Position numbers and translations under genes: made by a program
Notes under the pieces: generated by a model
Told to the model about the DNA's origin: nothing
The model's database searches: none
Seen by the model: the letters and a program-made list of their open reading frames with translations, nothing else
Source: Escherichia phage AV112
Reading direction: 5' to 3' (one strand)
Sequence record: OR352942.1
Length of the DNA stretch: 64,000 bases
In this document: one piece after another, positions 36,710-45,730 of the stretch
Layout: each line of letters begins with the position of its first letter
How positions within the stretch are numbered: position 1 is the first letter of the stretch

Positions 36710-37265
36710 GGATTAAATTGTTAGTGAAATTAGGACTAACAACCATGGTTTCATAAAGCGCATCAATAGCACTTAAAGCATCAACTCTTTTAAGCAAAGG
36801 CTTGCCTTCATACATAGTTTCAGAATCGACGATTAACGTAAAGTAATATTTTTTATTATTGACCAGAACTTCTGTATCAATATAAAACATGTTAGATCTT
36901 AAAAGCTTATCTCTAAAACCATAATAATCTTCAGAGCGTTCGCTGATATATTCCAATTCAGTGTTTAAACAACAAACAGACCACGTAGGAGCAACGAAAT
37001 CAGTGAATCTAATATCATGGTCTGCAACTAGTTTAGCAATAGCTCCGATATCATGAATCATAATACCTGGGGCTAATAAAGATTTTCGGTTATTTGCATA
37101 TTCAGTTGTCTCATAAGAAGACGACCAGTACCATTTACGTCCAGTTGCAACATATCGTAATGAATCAACTAAAGACGTAGGTGGATTTACCTTATTTCGG
37201 AACTCTTCGAACATTGAGTCAATATCATTATTTTGGTTTCGCATGTTAACTCCTTTATTATCCAA
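36648..37265 (-). CDS. soluble protein with xFIMECR motif near the C-terminus
   Basis: 205 aa; ...NNLILEQFIMECREYVKANPIHAN. Confidence 0.45.
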   Translation of the reverse strand: MDNKGVNMRNQNNDIDSMFEEFRNKVNPPTSLVDSLRYVATGRKWYWSSSYETTEYANNRKSLLAPGIMIHDIGAIAKLVADHDIRFTDFVAPTWSVCCLNTELEYISERSEDYYGFRDKLLRSNMFYIDTEVLVNNKKYYFTLIVDSETMYEGKPLLKRVDALSAIDALYETMVVSPNFTNNLILEQFIMECREYVKANPIHAN

Positions 37266-37293
37266 AAGGAGGACCGGAGTCCTCCGTATTATT

Positions 37294-37887
37294 TTATTTC
37301 AAAGAGTTAATATATTCTTGTACATCAGCAGAAGTGGTTTCGACACCAGCTGGAGTGCCATTGAACGTTTCAACACGAGTCAGAGTGTCTTCGATATCAA
37401 CCTTAGTCAGTGCAGCGATTTCAATTACATCGTCAGCCGTAGAGATACCAAGGGCATTGGCTGCTCGAGTTTCACGAATGTATTCGAGTTTGATTGCCAG
37501 GTTCTGACGAGCATCGTCAAGTTCAACCACCTTACGAGCAATTTCAATTCGCATAGCAGCGTACCCGTCAGCTTTTGTATTAAGTTGTTCGGCGGTTCGA
37601 CGATACAGAAGACCAAGCTTAGCATGCATGGTAACATCTTGTCCTTCAGCCAGGAGCTTACGAATTTCAAGTTCCTTAGAAGCGGCTTGCTTATTCTTTT
37701 CATTAACAAGTTCGCGAATACGTTTTTCTTCATTAATAGATTTAACAGAAGCCGTTTTTAGTTCTTTGATTTGGGTAATCAACTTATCTGCGGCTGCGTT
37801 ATACTGTTCTTCGACAGTCAGATTTTTAGCCATAGCAGTACCCAGTTTAGTGCGGATGAATTCAACAAGTTTCTTCAGTGTGTTCAT
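37294..37887 (-). CDS. coiled-coil protein (possibly PspA/IM30-like)
   Basis: About 197 aa from MNTLKKL; long predicted helices; the PspA-like call rests on composition only. Confidence 0.4.
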   Translation of the reverse strand: MNTLKKLVEFIRTKLGTAMAKNLTVEEQYNAAADKLITQIKELKTASVKSINEEKRIRELVNEKNKQAASKELEIRKLLAEGQDVTMHAKLGLLYRRTAEQLNTKADGYAAMRIEIARKVVELDDARQNLAIKLEYIRETRAANALGISTADDVIEIAALTKVDIEDTLTRVETFNGTPAGVETTSADVQEYINSLK

Positions 37888-37919
37888 ATTATTACCTTTC
37901 AATTGGTGGTTTATTATCC

Positions 37920-37965
37920 AATGAGAGCATTATACTCTGCTCTCAAGAGTTTGTACACTTATTTG
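37920..37965 (-). promoter_or_regulatory. early promoter/stem-loop cassette, copy B of the 46-bp perfect direct repeat
   Basis: Identical to 7276-7321. Confidence 0.6.
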
Positions 37966-38240
37966 TACGAATTAATAATCTCTTCCATTTTATCCAGAAC
38001 ATGGATATCGATTATACGAGGAAGTGCCGAAAGATTAGAACCGTCGAAAGATTTAAGGTCTTCCAAAATAATATTTTCAATGGCCTTTAAAGCTTCCGCA
38101 GATTCTGATGCAGAATTAAATTCAGGAATTTCTCCAAAAAGACGTAAGAATGAACCAAAGTATTCTGCGGCGATTTCTTTAGCTTGTTCGATATCAGACT
38201 TAAACATTTTGTTTTCCTCATTTGTTGGTGGAGTAATCAT
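37959..38240 (-). CDS. hypothetical acidic protein
   Basis: 93-aa ORF. Confidence 0.4.
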   Translation of the reverse strand: MITPPTNEENKMFKSDIEQAKEIAAEYFGSFLRLFGEIPEFNSASESAEALKAIENIILEDLKSFDGSNLSALPRIIDIHVLDKMEEIINSYK

Positions 38241-38264
38241 ATCACCATCCTTGGCGTTTGTACA

Positions 38265-38768
38265 TCATTTATTTTTAATTTTGCAAATTTTTTCTGCTTC
38301 AGCAATTGCAGCGTCAATGATGCTTTGTGCAATTTTATTACTAGTTGACCTGGCAATCACACTAAGAACAATTTCTTTTTCTTCACCACCCCAACCCCAA
38401 GTCCTTTGTTCGTGGGTACCTTTAACTACAGCTGAAACTTCAACAGAACGTCCACCATCAGAAGTTTTAACATCTACAACCCAATCACCATCTTTCTCTT
38501 CTACCCTTGATTTATCCCAAGAAATACTAATATATGATTCGTTGTCAATAGAAGTCGCCGGGTTTTTCTCTACCGTAAGACCTTCACTTTCCAGCCATTC
38601 AATAGTATTTGCGCATAAATCGGAGGAACACCTCATCGGGAACCGGCAAGATTTTTCACCTTTAGATGCGGCGTTATACATCTTTTCTAAAATACGCTTT
38701 TGCACGTTTTTAAAAATAGTTTCAGCAGATTCTTCAGATTTTTTATTCAGTTCAGTATAAAGACTCAT
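38265..38768 (-). CDS. hypothetical protein
   Basis: 167-aa ORF. Confidence 0.45.
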   Translation of the reverse strand: MSLYTELNKKSEESAETIFKNVQKRILEKMYNAASKGEKSCRFPMRCSSDLCANTIEWLESEGLTVEKNPATSIDNESYISISWDKSRVEEKDGDWVVDVKTSDGGRSVEVSAVVKGTHEQRTWGWGGEEKEIVLSVIARSTSNKIAQSIIDAAIAEAEKICKIKNK

Positions 38769-38789
38769 AACATTTTCCTATGTTGTTGA

Positions 38790-38825
38790 TAAGTCTATAG
38801 TATCATGTCCTTAGAAGAAGTAAAC
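38790..38825 (-). promoter_or_regulatory. early promoter (gataagtctatagtatcatg...gtaaac)
   Basis: RC shows GTTTAC then TATAC/TATAGA -10-like element. Confidence 0.4.
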
Positions 38826-38857
38826 ATCTTTATGAAATATTTTTATGCCCTAGATAC

Positions 38858-38885
38858 CAAAAAGCCCCAACCGTAAGGAAGGGGC
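38858..38885 (-). terminator. rho-independent terminator, copy 2 of the conserved GCCCC...GGGGC hairpin
   Basis: aaaaagcccc-aaccgtaaggaa-ggggc; U-run on the minus strand. Confidence 0.6.
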
Positions 38886-38891
38886 ATTCTA

Positions 38892-39356
38892 TTATTTAAT
38901 TTGTTTAGCAGACCAGATACGGTCTTTAATAAGTTTTTGGATATCTTCAACATACTCAAGGCTATGAGCGTGAGGATTATCTTTGAAGCTATGTGCTCGT
39001 GCCAGTTTCTGGCCTTCTGTTTTGATTACTAAAAGCTCTTTAAGAATTGCTTCATACTTAGAAATAATTCCTTTGGCGATATTTTTTTCTTGAGCGGCTT
39101 TAGGGTCCGCTTTTGGCGCAGGTGCTTTACCTGTAGCTTTCTGGAACAATTCACCTGATGCAGCTAGGCTTTTAAAAACTCGGCTAACAGTATTAGCATT
39201 AGTAAAACCTTCGGCTTTAAAATCTCTAATAAAACGGAAACGTTCTTCATCAGAGGCGTCTTTGTAAGAATATTTACCTGCTCTAATTGCTGCAATCGCA
39301 GCGGCTTTTACATCTGAACTAGATTGTTCAGTCAAAAATTCAGCGTATGATTTCAT
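38892..39356 (-). CDS. internal-protein-like protein with capsid-targeting-sequence-like N-terminus
   Basis: 154 aa; N-terminus MKSYAEFLTEQ, a diverged MKTYQEFIAE. Confidence 0.5.
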   Translation of the reverse strand: MKSYAEFLTEQSSSDVKAAAIAAIRAGKYSYKDASDEERFRFIRDFKAEGFTNANTVSRVFKSLAASGELFQKATGKAPAPKADPKAAQEKNIAKGIISKYEAILKELLVIKTEGQKLARAHSFKDNPHAHSLEYVEDIQKLIKDRIWSAKQIK

Positions 39357-39400
39357 GTTGCTTTTCCTAAGTTAATTAACTTATCTATTTATTATTATGC

Positions 39401-39428
39401 AAAAAAGCCCCAACCTTTCGGAAGGGGC
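39401..39428 (-). terminator. rho-independent terminator, copy 3 (GNRA-loop variant), downstream of the tRNA/stable-RNA unit
   Basis: aaaaaagcccc-aacctttcggaa-ggggc; on the minus strand a GAAA-loop hairpin then UUUUUU. Confidence 0.6.
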
Positions 39429-39479
39429 TATGCCTTGCGGCAACCTTGTCGGGGTTCCACCTGCTAAGGCAAGTGTTTG

Positions 39480-39740
39480 TACGAAACGCCGGGATTCGAA
39501 CCCGGTTATTAAGCAGTTGACGCTACTCAATATTTTTAAAAGGCCATATCTCGACCATATCCGAACGTTCCGTCAAAAACGCTACTCGGCTTACGGCAAA
39601 GATATTTCCTCGAATCGATAATTCTGTGCGCCGTTTCAGCTGTGATAGTAAAGAACCAGAACACAGTAAAACTGTGGGAGGAACTATACTCCAGGGAACA
39701 TCAGTCCGACGACTTACCGGTAGCGACCCGGTTTCTTGTT
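39480..39740 (-). ncRNA. probable stable small RNA(s) with tRNA-like 3' domain (T4 species 1/2-like)
   Basis: No ORF; minus strand contains a T-arm CCGGG-TTCGAAT-CCCGG followed by an acceptor-like strand CGTTTCG that could pair with CGGAACG about 85 nt upstream, but the D/anticodon region is not canonical. Confidence 0.35.
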
Positions 39741-39816
39741 TGGTCGAGACAGTAGGGGTCGAACCTACGACCTAGGACTTAGAAGGTCCTTGCTCTTCCT
39801 TCTGAGCTATGCCTCG
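39741..39816 (-). tRNA. tRNA-Arg (anticodon TCT), CCA encoded
   Basis: Manual fold: acceptor CGAGGCA/TGTCTCG, D-arm GCTC..GAGC, anticodon loop CTTCTAA, T-arm GTAGG-TTCGACC-CCTAC. Confidence 0.8.
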
Positions 39817-39820
39817 GATT

Positions 39821-39895
39821 TGGCGGACATGCATGGATTCGAACCATGGACCAATTGATTAACAGTCAACTGCTCTACCACTGAGCTACACATCC
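39821..39895 (-). tRNA. tRNA-Asn (anticodon GTT), CCA encoded
   Basis: Manual fold: acceptor GGATGTG/CATGTCC, D-arm GCTC-AGTGGTA-GAGC, anticodon loop CTGTTAA, T-loop TTCGAAT. Confidence 0.75.
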
Positions 39896-39899
39896 AAAT

Positions 39900-39986
39900 T
39901 GGTTGGGAGTGATGGAGTCGAACCACCTGAGTCGCAATGACAATGGATTTACAGTCCACACCGCTACCTCTACGGGATAACTCCCC
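39900..39986 (-). tRNA. tRNA-Tyr (anticodon GTA), long variable arm, CCA encoded
   Basis: Manual fold: anticodon stem GTGGA/TCCAT, loop CTGTAAA, about 15-nt variable arm, T-arm GGTGG-TTCGACT-CCATC; pair 1:72 appears as G-A, so the 5' end is uncertain by 1 nt. Confidence 0.6.
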
Positions 39987-39995
39987 AAATTAATT

Positions 39996-40070
39996 TGGTG
40001 GCCCTGGGTGGAATTGAACCACCATCTGGCGATTATGAGTCGCTTGCTTGAACCTTCCAGCTACAGGGCC
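39996..40070 (-). tRNA. tRNA with anticodon CAT (Ile2/lysidine type or elongator Met), CCA encoded
   Basis: Manual fold: acceptor GGCCCTG/CAGGGCC (1:72 paired, so not initiator), anticodon loop CTCATAA, T-arm GGTGG-TTCAATT-CCACC. Confidence 0.7.
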
Positions 40071-40071
40071 T

Positions 40072-40147
40072 TGGTGCTGATTGACGGAATTGAACCACCG
40101 ACCTTCTCATTACAAGTGAGTTGCTCTACCTACTGAGCTAAATCAGC
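40072..40147 (-). tRNA. tRNA-Thr (anticodon TGT), CCA encoded
   Basis: Manual fold: acceptor GCTGATT/AATCAGC, D-arm GCTC-AGTAGGTA-GAGC, anticodon loop CTTGTAA. Confidence 0.8.
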
Positions 40148-40152
40148 AAAAC

Positions 40153-40242
40153 TGGCGGAGGCGATAGGATTTGAACCTATGAGTCGCCGGAGCGACTGCC
40201 GGTTTTCAAGACCGGTGCATTAAACCACTCTGCCACGCCTCC
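40153..40242 (-). tRNA. tRNA-Ser (anticodon TGA), type II, CCA encoded
   Basis: Manual fold: acceptor GGAGGCG/CGCCTCC, anticodon stem CCGGT/ACCGG, loop CTTGAAA, long variable arm, T-arm ATAGG-TTCAAAT-CCTAT. Confidence 0.8.
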
Positions 40243-40244
40243 AG

Positions 40245-40318
40245 TCTCCATACAAGGATTTGAACCTTGGACCTCCTGATCCCAAATCAGGCGCTCTACC
40301 AAACTGAGCTACACGGAG
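40245..40318 (-). tRNA. tRNA-Pro (anticodon TGG), no encoded CCA; 2 nt upstream of tRNA-Ser
   Basis: Manual fold: acceptor CTCCGTG/TATGGAG, D-arm GCTC-AGTTTGGTA-GAGC, anticodon loop TTTGGGA, T-arm CAAGG-TTCAAAT-CCTTG. Confidence 0.8.
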
Positions 40319-40328
40319 TAAATTAAAT

Positions 40329-40402
<74 letters not shown>

Positions 40403-40407
40403 AAATT

Positions 40408-40494
40408 TGGTGCGAGAAGTGGGACTCGAACCCACAAGGAAATCATTCCGCAGCATTTTAAGTGCTGTGCCTTTACCAATTTGACCATTCTCGC
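40408..40494 (-). tRNA. tRNA-Leu (anticodon TAA), type II, CCA encoded
   Basis: Manual fold: acceptor GCGAGAA/TTCTCGC, anticodon stem CAGCA/TGCTG, loop CTTAAAA, long variable arm, T-arm GTGGG-TTCGAGT-CCCAC. Confidence 0.8.
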
Positions 40495-40495
40495 G

Positions 40496-40568
40496 CTGGG
40501 AATAAAGGACTCGAACCTTTGCATCCTGGAATCAAAATCCAGTGCCTTACCAACTTGGCTAATTCCCA
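40496..40568 (-). tRNA. tRNA-Gln (anticodon TTG), no encoded CCA; 1 nt upstream of tRNA-Leu
   Basis: Manual fold: acceptor TGGGAAT/ATTCCCA, anticodon stem CTGGA/TCCAG, loop TTTTGAT, T-arm AAAGG-TTCGAGT-CCTTT. Confidence 0.8.
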
Positions 40569-40665
40569 ATTATTAACAAAGGCTCTCAAGCAAGAACCCT
40601 TGATGATAGAGGGTATTAATCAGTGCGATATGAGTTAATAATAACAAATAATTCTTAAAGCATAT

Positions 40666-40959
40666 TTACCATTTATGATAATACATATTTACGATGCATT
40701 CAAGACCCAAAGGATTCTTGAAAATATCATATTCAAGAGGACCTTTTTCCGTTTCAATAAAGAAATCAAAGTTAACTGTGTTAAATTTACGGTCTTCCTT
40801 TACTAATTTAACTTGAGAAGATGAACGGTCAATGTAAACCTTTTCAACTTCAAAACATGTTAAAATGCCATAATCATCAATCAAGGCTTTAGCCGCATCT
40901 TGATCATATTTATATCCATTTTCAATGGATGATACTTTCGCATAAAGAATCATTATCAA
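40666..40959 (-). CDS. hypothetical protein
   Basis: 97-aa ORF upstream of the tRNA array. Confidence 0.45.
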   Translation of the reverse strand: MIMILYAKVSSIENGYKYDQDAAKALIDDYGILTCFEVEKVYIDRSSSQVKLVKEDRKFNTVNFDFFIETEKGPLEYDIFKNPLGLECIVNMYYHKW

Positions 40960-41375
40960 CCTTCATCAACAATAGTATGCGTATTGGCATTTACAATTTG
41001 CCACCAATCAAAGCGATTAGAACCATACATCAGTTTGTTTTCATTTTCTTTGATAATATCACGGAGTTCATCTTCAGTGGCGGCTTTCGCGATTAAATCA
41101 GCATATCCACCACGAGGATAATAATTATCACCTGCAAAAAGTAAAAAGTTTGGTTTAATGTTATTGAACTCTTCAAGAGTAATAACTTTTCCTGACGGTT
41201 GAACAATCTCTACATATTTATATCCCAATTTTTGAGCAGCATCTACTGCTTCAAGCAAAGTATCATGAGCCCATCCAATTTGACAACCTGGCTTTTCAGA
41301 TGGATTAGCCTGATAATCCGCATACACTTTGTACATTCTATTCACCTTTAGAAATTTTATCCATAACGATAGCAA
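40956..41375 (-). CDS. hypothetical protein
   Basis: 139-aa ORF. Confidence 0.45.
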   Translation of the reverse strand: MLSLWIKFLKVNRMYKVYADYQANPSEKPGCQIGWAHDTLLEAVDAAQKLGYKYVEIVQPSGKVITLEEFNNIKPNFLLFAGDNYYPRGGYADLIAKAATEDELRDIIKENENKLMYGSNRFDWWQIVNANTHTIVDEG

Positions 41376-41523
41376 TTAAACCAATTAAAAATGCTACTAC
41401 AAGTGAAAACACATTTTCTGCTGTAGTTAATAATCCGCATATAAATCCAACAAACATTGAAAAACTAAAAGCGGAAGCAGAAATTGCAATAGCAACATTT
41501 CGAATTAATTCACAACGTTTCAT
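41338..41523 (-). CDS. small membrane protein
   Basis: 61 aa; two hydrophobic segments. Confidence 0.4.
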   Translation of the reverse strand: MKRCELIRNVAIAISASAFSFSMFVGFICGLLTTAENVFSLVVAFLIGLIAIVMDKISKGE

Positions 41524-41581
41524 TTTATTCTCCTCTGTAGTTGATAGGGTAATAGTATCACTACCCCATCTAAAAGTAAAC

Positions 41582-41854
41582 TCATTTTAAATAAATTGCG
41601 TATTTTTTATAGCCACCAGGCTCGTGTCGAAGACCCTTATCATTAGCAAAACGCTCAATGTTGTTAATTTGATTCTGGTCAAGTTCAGAGATGTCAAACA
41701 CGAAATAGTTACGTTTGTTACCAACTGTTACATAGTCAGTTAAATCAATACCATATAGGTAATTGATGTCAGCAATCATAGTCTTGACAGCTTTGCTAAT
41801 TTTTACTTTTTCGTTAAAAGTAGCTTCATTGATAAATTCTTTAAATGTTTTCAT
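41582..41854 (-). CDS. internal-protein-like protein with capsid-targeting sequence
   Basis: 90 aa; N-terminus MKTFKEFINEA. Confidence 0.6.
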   Translation of the reverse strand: MKTFKEFINEATFNEKVKISKAVKTMIADINYLYGIDLTDYVTVGNKRNYFVFDISELDQNQINNIERFANDKGLRHEPGGYKKYAIYLK

Positions 41855-41875
41855 TTTATTTTCTTAATTAATTTT

Positions 41876-41915
41876 GATAGGACCTACTATAACATAGTCC
41901 TATCAACATGTAAAC
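41876..41915 (-). promoter_or_regulatory. early promoter/stem-loop cassette (copy)
   Basis: gataggacctactataacatagtcctatcaacatgtaaac; RC TTTACA-17 nt-TATAGT inside an inverted repeat. Confidence 0.55.
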
Positions 41916-41917
41916 TA

Positions 41918-42181
41918 TTAAATACCTGCTTCGCGCTTAACATAAGCAACATAAGCTTCGATAGCTTTCTTGCTGGTAATTTTTACCTGACCGCGTCCGT
42001 TGCCTTCTTTAGAGTTTTTCTTAACAACTACATTACCATCTTTAACACCCCATACATGGACATAAGTACCGATGTTTCGGTCGTAGAACATTGCATGGTC
42101 GTTGTTGTAAGAGAATGATTCGTAGTTCTCTGTCAGAGTAGAAGATTGAGATTCAGCGATAAATTCTTTATACGTTTTCAT
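41918..42181 (-). CDS. internal protein with capsid-targeting sequence (IPI-like by position)
   Basis: 87 aa; N-terminus MKTYKEFIAES; sits between the tRNA region and 57B, where T4 carries ipI. Confidence 0.6.
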   Translation of the reverse strand: MKTYKEFIAESQSSTLTENYESFSYNNDHAMFYDRNIGTYVHVWGVKDGNVVVKKNSKEGNGRGQVKITSKKAIEAYVAYVKREAGI

Positions 42182-42206
42182 TTTATTTCCTTGAGGTCGT
42201 TTATTT

Positions 42207-42245
42207 GATAGGATGATAGTAACACACCATCATCCTTATGTAAAC
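42207..42245 (-). promoter_or_regulatory. early promoter with inverted repeat aggatgatag...catcatcct
   Basis: RC reads GTTTAC-N17-TGTTACTATC. Confidence 0.45.
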
Positions 42246-42257
42246 TGTTTTGTGAAA

Positions 42258-42943
<686 letters not shown>

Positions 42944-42947
42944 TTTA

Positions 42948-43682
42948 TTACCTTAAGATTGTTTCAATTTTAGAATAAAGCTCTTCTAAAGAGCCGTCGT
43001 TTGTAATAACTAAATCGCCTTCTTCAATAGGCAATCCAGCTTCTGTAATATGTTTATCAGTGGATTCCGTACCAGAGCGAACCACATGAATAACTGTAGC
43101 ACCCATCGCTCTAGCGGTTTCCATTTCATGGACTTGGCGTGTATCGGTTACAACATAGTAATCGAAATCACTTCCAATATAATCCATATAGTTTAATGCA
43201 AAAAGTTTAACCCAATACATACGGTCAAATAAATTAACGACAACATCCGTACCGAGGGCTTGCATAAGACGGCGGATTGACCATGTGTCGTTGATATTAT
43301 TTATAGCTTCACGCAGTGCTTCATATGGTTTAATATCTAGATATGAATACCCACCTTCTAATGATGATAATACTTTAACATTATTAATTGGTAAATATTG
43401 ACTTTGTAAATAAATTAGCGCTTCTTCAATTAATTCAATAACATCCAACTTATTGATATTTAATGGTGTTTCACGGTCATATCCAATACCTTCAAAGTAT
43501 TCATATTTCAACTCAGTGAATACAGCAGGGTTTTCGGCGTGTCTACGTCCCCAGGCTATTGCTAGAGCGTCTTTAATCGGATATGCCAATTGGTATTTTA
43601 CGGATTTAAAGTTTGAATTGATGTAATCAGCAGTAGTGTCTTTACCACTACGTTTGATGCCGCTTAAAAAGATTAGCTCCAT
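42948..43682 (-). CDS. 1: gp1 deoxynucleoside monophosphate kinase
   Basis: 244 aa; N-terminal P-loop FLSGIKRSGKDTTAD and extensive similarity to T4 gp1 as recalled. Confidence 0.9.
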   Translation of the reverse strand: MELIFLSGIKRSGKDTTADYINSNFKSVKYQLAYPIKDALAIAWGRRHAENPAVFTELKYEYFEGIGYDRETPLNINKLDVIELIEEALIYLQSQYLPINNVKVLSSLEGGYSYLDIKPYEALREAINNINDTWSIRRLMQALGTDVVVNLFDRMYWVKLFALNYMDYIGSDFDYYVVTDTRQVHEMETARAMGATVIHVVRSGTESTDKHITEAGLPIEEGDLVITNDGSLEELYSKIETILR

Positions 43683-43735
43683 AGGTTTTCCTCATATAAT
43701 TTATGAGTGATTATAACATACGGAGCTAGAAGCGA

Positions 43736-44320
43736 TTAACGCAAGGAAGGGTGTCTAGAAATGGAGTTAGATTCGACTGCTTGACGTGGTTGTTGAGATA
43801 CAATGACCTCGCCATCCTTTTCTATCGTCATATACGCGTAGTGAATAGTTGCTACGCACGTAACGGCAGGGTCAGAGTCTTCGGTGTAACTAAATTCAAT
43901 TTCACTCAAATCAGAAATCCATGGTTTATAGAAATTTGCTGTCAAAACTACTTCGGTCTTATTGTTGTTTAAAATGTGCAAAGTAACAAACTCAGGACCA
44001 TCGGAGTGGGCCGTATTATGTCCGGTTATATAGTTATTAGTGCTGAGCATCCATTTATACATGTTCATCCAGGACGTCATGTCTTCATCAACTATAAATC
44101 GTACAACAAAAGGGTCGTATTCAAATGTGGTGCCTGCACGCATTGCACGTCCTAGCCCCATTGTGCCTGTCACAGTTTCAACAACAGGAATTCTCACACC
44201 TGGTAATGGAGCCGTTTGGGCATTGAGCACAAAACCTGAAGTTCGTGTACTATCTGGGATATCCACAACAAAGTTTGTTATATTTGTTTGGTTAAAAATC
44301 TGTCTCGCTGGACGAGTCAT
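43736..44320 (-). CDS. 3: gp3 tail completion / sheath stabiliser (by position)
   Basis: ORF between genes 1 and 2; ATG at 44318-44320 follows GAGGTG (the track start appears to be a GTG 6 nt upstream). Confidence 0.6.
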   Translation of the reverse strand: MTRPARQIFNQTNITNFVVDIPDSTRTSGFVLNAQTAPLPGVRIPVVETVTGTMGLGRAMRAGTTFEYDPFVVRFIVDEDMTSWMNMYKWMLSTNNYITGHNTAHSDGPEFVTLHILNNNKTEVVLTANFYKPWISDLSEIEFSYTEDSDPAVTCVATIHYAYMTIEKDGEVIVSQQPRQAVESNSISRHPSLR

Positions 44321-44422
44321 AAGCACCTCAAAAACGCTTTAATAAAAATGCAGTATAATGGTTTTAGGTCTCTTCCATTAATCTGGTTCAACAGAATATC
44401 AGAAGAACGGAAGAGAATAGAA

Positions 44423-45244
44423 TTAAGATTTCCAAACAGTATTCGCAGAGAAACGTTTTCCTTTTGACATAAACTGCTGAGTAGGTAACATGATTATGTT
44501 AGCCCAGTCTTTAGGAGCTATTTCTGTTATTGTTCCTCTAATGTGGCCTGGCAGGTATGCTTTAATCATTTTGTCAGCACCTTGAAATCCTTTCACCTTG
44601 CTCCAGTCTATCTTCAACTTTGTGTTATTAGTAATAGTAGTTGTGCTAGCATATTGCTTCAGCAATTCTTCAAGAAACTGTTGACGTGCTTTAGGTGGGA
44701 TATAGTGCAAGTTTAACCCATACATCAAATTATGTTTACCTAATCCTAAATAAATAATCAAAGGATATCGGTCCCAGTATGGCAGAGTATCTTTATGTTT
44801 AGCATCATACACGTAGGTATAAATTTTGCCTGGCGTAGGCTTGACTACTTTATGACCTTTTACACTTTTCTTAATTGTTTCAACAAACCACTTAGATGAT
44901 TTGTTGTTTACTGCTGCACCTTCATTTCTAATCTTTTCTCGTATTGAACTGCGAAACGAGTTTATCATCAGAAGTTGACGTTCTTGCTTATTTAGTTTAT
45001 TTTTAGGTTTAGATTCAAGCGTTTCAATTTTCTGTTCAGTTTTAATAGCTGATGCATATTTAGACATTGCAGACTTAAACGTCGAGTATTTTATTCCTTT
45101 TGATTCTGCAAATGCTTTTGCAGTGATTCCTTTCTCTTTAGCTTTCTTGTACTCTAATCCTACCTTAATCCATTTTCTTTCGTTAATAGACCTTGCGATC
45201 TTAACTACTTGCACCCCTTCAGATATAACTTGGAATATACTCAT
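44423..45244 (-). CDS. 2: gp2 DNA end-protector protein
   Basis: 273 aa, basic; length and position match T4 gp2. Confidence 0.75.
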   Translation of the reverse strand: MSIFQVISEGVQVVKIARSINERKWIKVGLEYKKAKEKGITAKAFAESKGIKYSTFKSAMSKYASAIKTEQKIETLESKPKNKLNKQERQLLMINSFRSSIREKIRNEGAAVNNKSSKWFVETIKKSVKGHKVVKPTPGKIYTYVYDAKHKDTLPYWDRYPLIIYLGLGKHNLMYGLNLHYIPPKARQQFLEELLKQYASTTTITNNTKLKIDWSKVKGFQGADKMIKAYLPGHIRGTITEIAPKDWANIIMLPTQQFMSKGKRFSANTVWKS

Positions 45245-45246
45245 AA

Positions 45247-45696
45247 TTACCCCTTGTATCCGAGTTTTCTAAGACCATCTTCGGTTAGAACTCGGAATTT
45301 TATATTTCTCTTTTCAGCAACAGCTGAGGCAGCTTTCCATTTGTCGCAGTTCACAGACCAGGTATATATTTCATTCATATAACGTTTCTTTGCTGCAGTC
45401 GTAAGATTTGCAGGCTTAATAGGTGGTTGAGTTTCTTTCTTTGGTTTTATTTCTACAAAGAACTCTTGACCTGATGCATCTTTCATCCATATGTCCATAA
45501 AGTATCGACGTTTCTTACCTTCAGCATTACAAAAATATGGAATTACTGCCGTTTCGCTGCCCCATGCAATAATTTCTGGATTTTTATCTAACCATTCGAA
45601 AAAGAATTTTTCCCAGTTTGAACGATACGTTATTTTGGTATGGTCTCCACGGTATTTTTTTAAATTTTTTGGGACCCATTTACCAGAGTAGGCCAT
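45247..45696 (-). CDS. 4: gp4 head completion protein
   Basis: From the internal Met [19 protein letters not shown]..., 149 aa; the longer track ORF would run through the divergent late-promoter region. Confidence 0.75.
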   Translation of the reverse strand: MAYSGKWVPKNLKKYRGDHTKITYRSNWEKFFFEWLDKNPEIIAWGSETAVIPYFCNAEGKKRRYFMDIWMKDASGQEFFVEIKPKKETQPPIKPANLTTAAKKRYMNEIYTWSVNCDKWKAASAVAEKRNIKFRVLTEDGLRKLGYKG

Positions 45697-45707
45697 GTTG
45701 TCCTCCT

Positions 45708-45715
45708 TATAAATA
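45708..45715 (+). promoter_or_regulatory. T4-type late promoter TATAAATA upstream of gene 53
   Basis: Exact TATAAATA about 43 nt upstream of the gene 53 start. Confidence 0.7.
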
Positions 45716-45722
45716 GTATTAT

Positions 45723-45730
45723 TATTTATA
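45723..45730 (-). promoter_or_regulatory. T4-type late promoter TATAAATA (minus strand) upstream of genes 4 and 2
   Basis: Plus strand tatttata is TATAAATA on the minus strand, about 27 nt upstream of the gp4 start; divergent with the gene 53 promoter. Confidence 0.65.

Noticed and set aside
37771-38760. 329-aa plus-strand ORF, the longest plus-strand ORF in the early region
   Set aside because: It is antisense to two compact minus-strand genes in a region where every supported gene, promoter and terminator is on the minus strand. The translation is Ser/Leu-rich low complexity, typical of antisense read-through in AT-rich DNA, and it has no upstream ribosome-binding site or promoter.
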